From: an uncultured Pelagibacteraceae bacterium
Lineage (GTDB): Bacteria > Pseudomonadota > Alphaproteobacteria > Pelagibacterales > Pelagibacteraceae
DNA: 64,000 nucleotides
Direction of reading: 5' to 3'
NCBI GenBank assembly: GCA_902611845.1
Contig: CACMAX010000001.1
Coordinates: 209,445-273,444, forward strand
Shown here: one piece after another, positions 28,356 to 36,473 of the stretch
Layout: each line of letters begins with the position of its first letter
Numbering within the stretch: position 1 is the stretch's first letter
Translations under genes and position numbers: made by a program
Notes under the pieces: generated by a model
Database searches by the model: none
Seen by the model: the letters and a program-made list of their open reading frames with translations, nothing else
Told to the model about the DNA's origin: nothing

Positions 28356-30007
28356 TGCAAGTTCCACTAAGAGATCCTAAAATTGTAATGAAACTTTCTA
28401 GGCTTGGATCGTTTCATCAATCTAAATTATCTTTTCTAAGATCATTTTTAAATGAGTTCAAAGATTGGAGATATAACAGAGATTTGTTTGACTTGAATGA
28501 TAGGGGATATGGAGTTGCTATTTATTCATTTTCAAAAGATAAAAAAACATATTCTTTAGTTTGTTTTGCTAATGAACTTAAAGATGAGGAAAGATCTGAT
28601 AGAGTAATAGCAACTAAATGGGATGCTGCATTTGCTTTGTATGATGGCATTCCTTCAAAAATTGATATTGATAGACTTTCACAAAATGTCCCTAAACAAG
28701 AAGTAGGGAGACTTTCTTATAAAGAACTTACTCTTTCAAGAGCAAATAGATCAGTTAGAGCATTTAATTATGTGGTTGAGTGTTTATCAAAAGGCATCCA
28801 GCCCAATACTAATGAGCTTTCAAAAGTTGGATATTTGTACAGAACAACTGCAGTATATGGCTCAGGAAAATTTGGACTAGCAGACAGGTTTAGAATTAAA
28901 AATAGAGATGAAATAAATGGTCCTTTTAGATTGGAAATGATGTTAGTTTACCTTGTAAGACAATTCACTTTCGATCAAGTCAATCATATAGCAAAACATA
29001 AAAATCCTAAAGATGCTGTAGAATTAGACTTGGATATTTGCAGAAATTTAGGAATTGGAAATTCAACTGGATTAGGAATGGCACCATTTATTGTTAACCA
29101 CCCTTCATTATTAAATAATTGGATTCTCGCTAAAGAGACAGCTTTAAAAAAAATAAGAGAAATAGAAAAAGTATCAGAAGAAGAGTTTAAAATTTTTTAC
29201 AATTGTTTAACAAAATCTTTAAAAAATGTAACTTCATGGAATACTGACAGCGAATACCAAAAGAAAAAAATAAACAATTTAATTAATGATTTACAGCATT
29301 TAATTAATTATTTGAAAGATAATATTGATAAATCAAATTTTTATATATTTGATAAATTATATAACTGGGCAGAGGAAAATTTATCTGAAGAAGGAGTTGA
29401 GTATTTGGTTTCTATAATGATGGAGCCATATAATGAAATAACTGATCCTTTAATTTCTCAAATGAGTTCAGACGAGGATAGTAGTTTTAATATACCTGTA
29501 GACAGAACTATAAATGACCTAAGAGAAATAATTGAGAAAAATTATTCAGATATTTTAAAAATTGATTTTTCAAAAAATGAAAACAATAAAAAATTTTGGT
29601 TCATTTCAAAAAATAAAGAAGAACCTAGGATTGGAGATCGGTTTGAAGATAATGGCTCAGAACTTGAGCAGCCTACAGCTATTGCTAGAGATATTAAAAA
29701 ACTTTATGAAACTATTTTTACATTAAAAAACAGCTTAAAGATTGGCAATTTTCTAGTACAGAACAATGATTTAAGACATATTGTAAGAAGAGTGTTTATA
29801 ACAGAGAAATATCCATATTCTGAAATTCAAGATAACACCATTGGCTCAAAATTAGTTCCTATTGATATGCTAAGACTTAAACTATCTTTTTTTGGGGCGG
29901 TAAAGTTTGATCCAAGATCTGATAAATGGTTAAGGATTTGTATGTTTCAAGGAGCTCCATTACCAAATGAACTGAATTCATTTAATCAATATTGGATATA
30001 TAACTAA
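28355..30007 (+). CDS. Conserved-looking hypothetical protein (550 aa)
   Basis: Long ORF with a TAATG overlap to the dipeptidase; enzyme-like blocks RANRS, RTTAVYGSGKFG, GIGNSTGLGMAPF and FFGAVKFDPRSDKW. Confidence 0.75.
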   Translation: MQVPLRDPKIVMKLSRLGSFHQSKLSFLRSFLNEFKDWRYNRDLFDLNDRGYGVAIYSFSKDKKTYSLVCFANELKDEERSDRVIATKWDAAFALYDGIPSKIDIDRLSQNVPKQEVGRLSYKELTLSRANRSVRAFNYVVECLSKGIQPNTNELSKVGYLYRTTAVYGSGKFGLADRFRIKNRDEINGPFRLEMMLVYLVRQFTFDQVNHIAKHKNPKDAVELDLDICRNLGIGNSTGLGMAPFIVNHPSLLNNWILAKETALKKIREIEKVSEEEFKIFYNCLTKSLKNVTSWNTDSEYQKKKINNLINDLQHLINYLKDNIDKSNFYIFDKLYNWAEENLSEEGVEYLVSIMMEPYNEITDPLISQMSSDEDSSFNIPVDRTINDLREIIEKNYSDILKIDFSKNENNKKFWFISKNKEEPRIGDRFEDNGSELEQPTAIARDIKKLYETIFTLKNSLKIGNFLVQNNDLRHIVRRVFITEKYPYSEIQDNTIGSKLVPIDMLRLKLSFFGAVKFDPRSDKWLRICMFQGAPLPNELNSFNQYWIYN

Positions 30008-30015
30008 AGTAATTA

Positions 30016-30624
30016 ATGAGAAGTTATAGTGAAATTGACACGATTGTTAAACGTTCAACAAAAGCGAAAGGTTTCTCCTGGGGAGTTGCAGAAGAAATAG
30101 GAAAGAACATTAAGCAACTCGAGTTATTTGGTTTACCAGGAATAAAAAACATAAACCAATATTTTAAGATTTTTAATAATGAGAATTTTGAAAATTGCCA
30201 ATCTTTTAACAAAAGCAACAGACCTCAAAACTTTTACTGTCCAATTAAACTTGGATTAAGTTTTTTTGATCAATCTATCTCTATCCAAGAACTAAATGAT
30301 ATAGAAATTGAAAAAATGGCTTACCCTTTGATATTTTTGCCGTTTGTCAGCAGATCTTCTGAAATAATAGGAAAGAGAATTTTTTTAAAGATAGATCAAA
30401 AAGAATTTTTATTAAATTTCAATCAATCAATTTATTCAAATTATTTAAGTAGTGAGGTTGTAGAAAAAGCCGATGTAATTAAAATCCAATTCTTAGAAAA
30501 CAAGAATAATTTTTCCGAAGAAGATTGGAAAGAATTAACAAAATTATCTGAAAACACATTTGTTGAAGAAACAGATGAATTAAAACAAAAAACTGCAGGA
30601 GCAGGATTAATAGATAATGACTGA
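30016..30624 (+). CDS. DUF3726-like protein
   Basis: N-terminus RSYSEIDTIVKRSTKAKGFSWGVAEE and C-terminus ETDELKQKTAGAG fit my recollection of this family; not verified by HMM. Confidence 0.6.
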   Translation: MRSYSEIDTIVKRSTKAKGFSWGVAEEIGKNIKQLELFGLPGIKNINQYFKIFNNENFENCQSFNKSNRPQNFYCPIKLGLSFFDQSISIQELNDIEIEKMAYPLIFLPFVSRSSEIIGKRIFLKIDQKEFLLNFNQSIYSNYLSSEVVEKADVIKIQFLENKNNFSEEDWKELTKLSENTFVEETDELKQKTAGAGLIDND

Positions 30625-30784
30625 TAACTTTGAATATAAATCGGACAAATCAGATAAAAATGAATTAAATGATATTTGTGATGAATGTAAAAAAGAAGAT
30701 GAGACAGTAACTCAAAATTTAATACTCACAGGATATAAACTTTGTAACTCCTGCAGAACATCAAAAACTTTATTTCCACTTTAA
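30617..30784 (+). CDS. Small CxxC-x18-CxxC zinc-finger-like protein (55 aa), missing from the ORF track
   Basis: Hand translation MTDNFEYKSDKSDKNELNDICDECKKEDETVTQNLILTGYKLCNSCRTSKTLFPL. The start overlaps the upstream gene, and the TAA overlaps the stop of the convergent gene (TTAA). Confidence 0.7.
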   Translation: MTDNFEYKSDKSDKNELNDICDECKKEDETVTQNLILTGYKLCNSCRTSKTLFPL

Positions 30785-31326
30785 ATATTCGTACTAATAG
30801 GTAACGAATTAATTTTTGTCATTACGAAAGAAATTGTCAAAAAAGAAATAATTAAAAAAGACAAAAATACAATTCCAAATGCTTTTAAATTTGATTTTAA
30901 ATTTAAAATATGTCGTGTTGCAATGATTAATGAAGCAAAAATCCAAAATTGAGTAAGAAAAATAATTAAAAGCACTAATTCTGGCGTGACAGCAAAAAAT
31001 CTTATTAGTCCTGGAGCATGTGCGTACCCAACGGCTATAAGGACTCTTTTAAATGGAATTTTTCTATCTTTATCAGGAAAAATTTTAACTCCAATTACAA
31101 ATATAAAAATTGCCCATACCAGCCAAGTTAATAATGCTGTTAAACCAGATATACCAACAGACGTTTTAACAATTGTGTTCGCTGCAATAGCACCAGCAAC
31201 CCCATCTAAAATCATGATAAGAATTGCAAAATAAATTCCAGCTTCTCCATAATATCTTGGAGTTCTATAAAGAGTTTTATCAAGCTTTAACGATTTAAAA
31301 ACAATATCTAAAAACTGAGCAAACAT
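30781..31326 (-). CDS. YIP1-family membrane protein
   Basis: About five TM segments and the motif VGYAHAPGL. Confidence 0.65.
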   Translation of the reverse strand: MFAQFLDIVFKSLKLDKTLYRTPRYYGEAGIYFAILIMILDGVAGAIAANTIVKTSVGISGLTALLTWLVWAIFIFVIGVKIFPDKDRKIPFKRVLIAVGYAHAPGLIRFFAVTPELVLLIIFLTQFWIFASLIIATRHILNLKSNLKAFGIVFLSFLIISFLTISFVMTKINSLPISTNI

Positions 31327-31433
31327 TAATTATCTTTATTTTTTTTTTGCGCCTTATATGAAACGATTAATGGGAATATTATTAGAGCAATAGCGATTAT
31401 AATGCAAACAACTATGAAAAAGGTTTTCGTCAT
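31326..31433 (-). CDS. 35-aa single-pass membrane microprotein, missing from the ORF track
   Basis: Hand translation MTKTFFIVVCIIIAIALIIFPLIVSYKAQKKNKDN; its TAA overlaps the YIP1 ATG (TAATG). Confidence 0.6.
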   Translation of the reverse strand: MTKTFFIVVCIIIAIALIIFPLIVSYKAQKKNKDN

Positions 31434-31434
31434 A

Positions 31435-31461
31435 TTTAGGGGGAATTAAATTCCCCCTAAA
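31435..31461. terminator. 12-bp stem hairpin downstream of the aminomethyltransferase gene
   Basis: TTTAGGGGGAAT-TAA-ATTCCCCCTAAA; there is no U-tract 3' of it on the minus strand, so a terminator role is uncertain. Confidence 0.5.
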
Positions 31462-31471
31462 AAAATTTTTA

Positions 31472-32827
31472 TCACTTACTGACTACTTCTCTTGTATTTG
31501 CGTTGTAAGATTCTGTAAATGGAATATCAACTACAACTGCATCAACTGGTTCCCCAGGTTTATCAGAATATTTTTCTGGTAGATGGACTTTAAATTTCGA
31601 TCCAACTTTACCTCTTGGAAAACCATTTGCATTTAGCGTGCCATCAAATGGAACATATCCCATAGCAATATTTTTCCCCTTTTCTGGGTGATACCATGGA
31701 GAAGTTATAAATCCTACAGGCTCACTGCCGTTTTCTGAAATTAACCAAAAATCTGGAGCATATTCTTCAATAGGTTTTCCTCCTAATTCAAGTCCAACTA
31801 ATTGAAGTTTGTAAGGTTTATGACCTGCTTTTAAATCAGCTTTCATTTTCTCGAGAGCTTTTTTACCAATGTAATCTGCTTTTTTGTTCCATTCACCTTT
31901 ACCAGATAAAGAAACTTGATATCCAAGATTACATTGAAATGGATTATGCTCATGATCCATATCTTGTCCCCATGAAAGAATTCCAGCTTGTATCCTTCTA
32001 TGGTGTGCAGGAGCAATTACCATTAAGTTATGTTTTTTACCTGCTTCAAGAACAGCATTCCACATATCTTCGGCATATAAAGTTGCTTCTCTTAAATATA
32101 TTTCAAATCCAGACTCGCCTGAAAAACCTGTTTGAGAAATTATACAACTTCTTCCACCAACTTTTGCAGAAGCCAATCCATAAAAAGGCATGTTATCAAT
32201 ATCAACTTCACTTCCACAAAGATCTTTCATCAAAGCTTTTGCTTTAGGACCTTGAATTTGTACAGGACAAGCATCTATTTCATTAATTTGAACATTAAAC
32301 CTTTCATCTGCATTTACTCCTTGCAGATATAATCCTATATCACTATCTGATAAACTAAACCAAAATTCATCTTTAGAAATTCTTAAAAGAATAGGATCAT
32401 TTAATACTCCTCCATAAGAATTACACAAAATTACATATCTTCCTCTCATTGGAGAAATTTTTGTAGCATCTCTTGTAATTACATAATCAACAAATTTTTC
32501 TGCATCTGGTCCTTTAACTTGTATTTGTCTTTCAACTGCAACATTCCACATTGTTACATGGTTTTTAATTGCTTCGTACTCAACCATTGCACCACCATCT
32601 TCAGGTTTAACATAACCTCTTGGATGATAAATTCTGTTATAAACAGTTGCTCTCCAACATCCTGCTTTCATAGATAAATGCCAGTATGGAGATTTCCTTA
32701 CTCTTGTTGATATTAGCATCTCAACTTTAGTAGGTCCGCTTTGTCTCAAATTATATGGTACTTTTCTATCAGACTGATCTACTGATGTTGTATGTCTTAG
32801 TTTACTATAGTCAAATTCATTAGACAT
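31472..32827 (-). CDS. GcvT-family THF-dependent aminomethyltransferase/demethylase (DmdA/LigM-like, substrate unknown)
   Basis: TRVRKSPY, MWNVAVERQ, NDPILLR, QTGFSGESGFEIY, RRIQAGILSWGQD, NPFQCNLG. Confidence 0.88.
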   Translation of the reverse strand: MSNEFDYSKLRHTTSVDQSDRKVPYNLRQSGPTKVEMLISTRVRKSPYWHLSMKAGCWRATVYNRIYHPRGYVKPEDGGAMVEYEAIKNHVTMWNVAVERQIQVKGPDAEKFVDYVITRDATKISPMRGRYVILCNSYGGVLNDPILLRISKDEFWFSLSDSDIGLYLQGVNADERFNVQINEIDACPVQIQGPKAKALMKDLCGSEVDIDNMPFYGLASAKVGGRSCIISQTGFSGESGFEIYLREATLYAEDMWNAVLEAGKKHNLMVIAPAHHRRIQAGILSWGQDMDHEHNPFQCNLGYQVSLSGKGEWNKKADYIGKKALEKMKADLKAGHKPYKLQLVGLELGGKPIEEYAPDFWLISENGSEPVGFITSPWYHPEKGKNIAMGYVPFDGTLNANGFPRGKVGSKFKVHLPEKYSDKPGEPVDAVVVDIPFTESYNANTREVVSK

Positions 32828-33548
32828 AGTTATTCTCCTTCAACCACTTGTTAGTTTCCTTCAAGCCGCCGAATGTATAAATGTGGAAATAATCAGTATG
32901 CGATTTAACTTTCCCAATTAAATCATTAGGGTCTTTAGGTTTCAATAAATCCAACGCCTTACTAAAATTAGATTTAAGAAAGTTAATGGAATTTTTTGCC
33001 CCTACAATATTAGCAAATTTAATTAAGCTAGATATTTTCATTGGCCCAGTTATTCCAACATGAACTGGTATTGTTTGTTTTGAGATAAAATCTATAATAG
33101 GCTGAGTATCCATTAGCCACTGTGTAACTATATAATCAGCATAAGGCTTTTTATCTATCATAGCTTTTTCTAAATCAGAGTCGGATATATCAGGACTCCC
33201 CTCGGGATGTCCAGCAATTCCAATCTTGATACCATCAAAAAACCCTGTCTCAAGCATTTGATATGAGCTATCAAATTTTCCGATTGGGTCACGACTTCCG
33301 CCTATCACCAAGACCTGCTTAACACCCAAATCTTTACATCTAGAAACATAATCTTTCAGCTGATTTTCATTATTTATTGACCTTGCAGGGAAGTGAGGAA
33401 CTGGATTAAATCCCTCTTTAACTAACTCCCCAGACTGTTGAGCTGTCTCTTTATAATCACCTCCAGGTAGCATTGTAACATAAACATCTTTTACCTTTGG
33501 CAACGTGCTTAAATCAGTTTTAGGACCTATTTCTAAAGAAAAATTCAT
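32820..33548 (-). CDS. metF: Short methylenetetrahydrofolate reductase-family flavoprotein
   Basis: PVPHFPAR, LVIGG, GIAGHPEG, IVTQ, HIYTFGG; 242 aa; overlaps the AMT start. Confidence 0.82.
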   Translation of the reverse strand: MNFSLEIGPKTDLSTLPKVKDVYVTMLPGGDYKETAQQSGELVKEGFNPVPHFPARSINNENQLKDYVSRCKDLGVKQVLVIGGSRDPIGKFDSSYQMLETGFFDGIKIGIAGHPEGSPDISDSDLEKAMIDKKPYADYIVTQWLMDTQPIIDFISKQTIPVHVGITGPMKISSLIKFANIVGAKNSINFLKSNFSKALDLLKPKDPNDLIGKVKSHTDYFHIYTFGGLKETNKWLKENNYV

Positions 33549-33652
33549 AAGTAAATTCTTAATTATTTTATATTCCGTGTCTATAAAAATATTAAACAGC
33601 TGAACACATTGTAACCCATTGTCATGATCTGAAAATTTAATTAAATTTAGTC

Positions 33653-34870
33653 ATGGAAAATAAATTATCTCAAATTACAGAATTATTCTCCAAAACAAGA
33701 CAACAAACTCTATCCCTGTGCGAGAACTTAGAGGCTGAGGATATGGTCATACAGCCCAGTAAAAATGTCAGTCCTCTTAAGTGGCATCTTGGTCACACCA
33801 CATGGTTCTTCGAAAAATTCATCTTGTCAGAATTGGATGAAAGTTACAAACCTTTTAACAAAGATTACAATTACATATTTAATTCGTATTATAATTCTGT
33901 GGGTGAGTACAATCCTCGAAATAAGAGAGGTTCACTAAATAGACCCATCTTAAAAGATGTTGTAAAATATAGACACTATGTAACTGAAAATATTATTGAT
34001 TTTTTAAAAAGGACAAAAAATAACAGGACATCATTTTTAGTTGAACTAGGTTCAAATCACGAACAACAGCATCAAGAATTAATGTTAATGGATATTAAAA
34101 ATATTTTTTACAATAATCCATTGATGCCGACTTATAATTCTAACGATGATAAACCAACTGCTAAAGAAGAAAATGAATTGACATTAGAAACTAGTAAAAA
34201 ATTTAAATATGGAAACAACGAGGATATTTTTTGTTACGATAACGAATTACCAGTATCAGAAATACAATTAGATCCTTTTAAAATATATTCATTTGTTACC
34301 AATGGAGAGTGGAAAGAATTCATTAATGATGGAGGATATAAAAACCATGAGTATTGGTTATCTGATGGATGGGATTTTGTAAATAATAACAAATTACAAA
34401 AACCAATGTATTGGATAGATAATAACAATTATTTTACATTAAATGGTGTAAAAAAAATTGATAATGAAAAGCCAGTTTCTCATATAAGTTTCTATGAAGC
34501 AGATGCATTTGCAAGATACAAAAACAAAAGATTACCAACTGAATTTGAACTAGAGTATTTTTTAAAACAATCTAAGAAAAAAGGTAATTTTTTAGAAAAT
34601 AAAATTTTCCGTGAAGTGGAAGAAAAAGCAGACGATGTTTATGGAAATTTATGGGCTTGGACAAGTAGTAATTACACACCTTACAAAAAATACAAACCTT
34701 ATGAAGGAAATCTAGGAGAATATAATAATAAGTTCATGTGCAATCAGTTTGTCTTAAAAGGCGGCTCACATTCTACGTCTATTAATCATGTCAGAGCATC
34801 TTATAGAAATTTCTTTTACCCAAGTGATACTTGGCAGTTTTGTGGCGTCAGACTAGCTGATGACATCTAG
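33653..34870 (+). CDS. egtB: Ergothioneine sulfoxide synthase EgtB (DinB_2 + FGE-sulfatase domains)
   Basis: SPLKWHLGHTTWFFE, FNSYY, HEQQHQEL (3-His Fe triad), YNNKFM, RASYRNFF. Confidence 0.92.
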   Translation: MENKLSQITELFSKTRQQTLSLCENLEAEDMVIQPSKNVSPLKWHLGHTTWFFEKFILSELDESYKPFNKDYNYIFNSYYNSVGEYNPRNKRGSLNRPILKDVVKYRHYVTENIIDFLKRTKNNRTSFLVELGSNHEQQHQELMLMDIKNIFYNNPLMPTYNSNDDKPTAKEENELTLETSKKFKYGNNEDIFCYDNELPVSEIQLDPFKIYSFVTNGEWKEFINDGGYKNHEYWLSDGWDFVNNNKLQKPMYWIDNNNYFTLNGVKKIDNEKPVSHISFYEADAFARYKNKRLPTEFELEYFLKQSKKKGNFLENKIFREVEEKADDVYGNLWAWTSSNYTPYKKYKPYEGNLGEYNNKFMCNQFVLKGGSHSTSINHVRASYRNFFYPSDTWQFCGVRLADDI

Positions 34871-35832
34871 TGACTAATTTAAAATTAATAAACATAAACA
34901 ATCAAATTCAAGATGATAAAAAATTAATCTTACAAGGATTATTAAATAAAAAACAAAAATATTTACTACCTAAATATTTTTATGATGAAAAAGGTTCGAA
35001 GTTATTTAATAAAATTACAAACCTTAAAGAATATTACCCAACAAACAAAGAGTTAGAAATACTAGGTAGTTCACAAAAAGAGATAAGAAAGAAATTACCA
35101 ATTAATTCAACAATTGTAGAATTTGGTAGTGGCTCAAATAAAAAAATTAATAAATTTATAAATTCATTAAGTGAACCCAAAGAATATATTCCTATAGATA
35201 TTAGTAAGGAATATTTGTTTGAAAATGCATCGATAATTGCAAAAAAATTCTCAGATTTAAAGGTAACAGCAATATGTGCTGACTTTAGTCAGACCGATAG
35301 ATTAAATAAAATTTTAAAAAATAAAAAAAAAATAGTCAGTTTTTTTCCAGGATCGACCATAGGAAATTATTTACCCAAAAATGCAAAAAAAATATTAAAA
35401 AATTTTTCAAAAATCATAGGTAAAAATTCTTATTTAGTAATTGGGGTAGATTTAATAAAAAATAAGAAGACCCTTGAAAATGCTTACAATGATAAATCGG
35501 GAGTTACAGCAAAATTTAATAAAAATATATTAAATGTAGTAAACAAAATTTGTAATTCAAATTTTCAAACAAAAAATTTTGATCATAAAGCATTTTACAA
35601 TTTAAAAAAAAACAGAATTGAAATGCATCTTATTTCAAAGAAAAATTTCACGTTAAAAATTAATAAAAAGAATATTAAATTTACTAAAGATGAAACCATT
35701 CATACTGAAAATTCTCACAAATATTCAAAAAATAACTTTGTTAAATTAGTTAATAAATCTGGATTTAAAGTCTTAAAATATTTTGCAGATAAAAAAAATT
35801 ATTTTGGAGTTTTTTTGTTAAAAGTGAAGTAA
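34870..35832 (+). CDS. egtD: L-histidine N-alpha-trimethyltransferase EgtD
   Basis: PKYFYDEKGSKLF, EYYPT, EFGSGS, PIDIS, FPGSTIGN, AYND, HTENSHK; the GTG start overlaps the egtB stop. Confidence 0.92.
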   Translation: MTNLKLININNQIQDDKKLILQGLLNKKQKYLLPKYFYDEKGSKLFNKITNLKEYYPTNKELEILGSSQKEIRKKLPINSTIVEFGSGSNKKINKFINSLSEPKEYIPIDISKEYLFENASIIAKKFSDLKVTAICADFSQTDRLNKILKNKKKIVSFFPGSTIGNYLPKNAKKILKNFSKIIGKNSYLVIGVDLIKNKKTLENAYNDKSGVTAKFNKNILNVVNKICNSNFQTKNFDHKAFYNLKKNRIEMHLISKKNFTLKINKKNIKFTKDETIHTENSHKYSKNNFVKLVNKSGFKVLKYFADKKNYFGVFLLKVK

Positions 35833-35840
35833 GTTTTATT

Positions 35841-36470
35841 ATGGCTCAAAAAGACGTAGGTAACAAAATTCCCATTTATAAGTTAAAAGACACCGATGAA
35901 GTGATGAAATATTACGATGAATGGGGAGATGGTAATAAATATGATAAGGATATGGTCGATTGGAATTATACAGGACCAAAAGAAACAACAAAAGTATTTT
36001 CAGAATTCCAAAAAAACAAAGACGCAAAAATTTATGATGCTGGTTGTGGAACTGGATTGGTGGGTGTTGAATTAAAAAAATATGGTTTTAAAAATTTTCA
36101 TGGGGCAGATCTTTCAAAAAAGTTATTAGAATTAGTACCAAATGATCTTTATGAAAAGCTTGAACAAGTAGACTTGAATAAACCCATTAATAAAAAAGAT
36201 GACGAATATGACTCTGTTATGTGTGTTGGTACATTTACTTTTGGACATGTAAAGCCACCAGCTTTGGAGGAATTTATCAGGATTACAAAGAATAATGGAT
36301 TTATCTGTTTTACTATTAATGAGGGAATACATGAAGAATATGGTTTTGATAAAAAAATTGAGCAACTTAAAGAGCAAAATAAATGGAAAGAAATAAAATT
36401 TTTTAAATCAGATTACATTGCGAGCAAAGACGTAAATGCTTGGTTAGGGTTATATCAAGTGATAAAATAA
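35841..36470 (+). CDS. Class I SAM-dependent methyltransferase, substrate unknown
   Basis: Motif I IYDAGCGTGLVG, GADLS, CVGTFTFGHV. Confidence 0.88.
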   Translation: MAQKDVGNKIPIYKLKDTDEVMKYYDEWGDGNKYDKDMVDWNYTGPKETTKVFSEFQKNKDAKIYDAGCGTGLVGVELKKYGFKNFHGADLSKKLLELVPNDLYEKLEQVDLNKPINKKDDEYDSVMCVGTFTFGHVKPPALEEFIRITKNNGFICFTINEGIHEEYGFDKKIEQLKEQNKWKEIKFFKSDYIASKDVNAWLGLYQVIK

Positions 36471-36473
36471 ACC

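Noticed and set aside
33549-33652. Possible SAM or glycine riboswitch in the metF/egtB or other intergenic gaps
   Set aside because: No convincing paired elements or conserved aptamer motifs by eye; an Infernal/Rfam scan would settle it
33653-34870. Selenoneine synthase SenA or ovothiol synthase OvoA instead of EgtB
   Set aside because: No senB/senC neighbours and no C-terminal methyltransferase domain; it is coupled to egtD
6460-35832. Possible mobile-element origin of the sugar cluster or egtBD
   Set aside because: No integrase, transposase, tRNA or flanking direct repeats were seen; accessory status needs genome comparison
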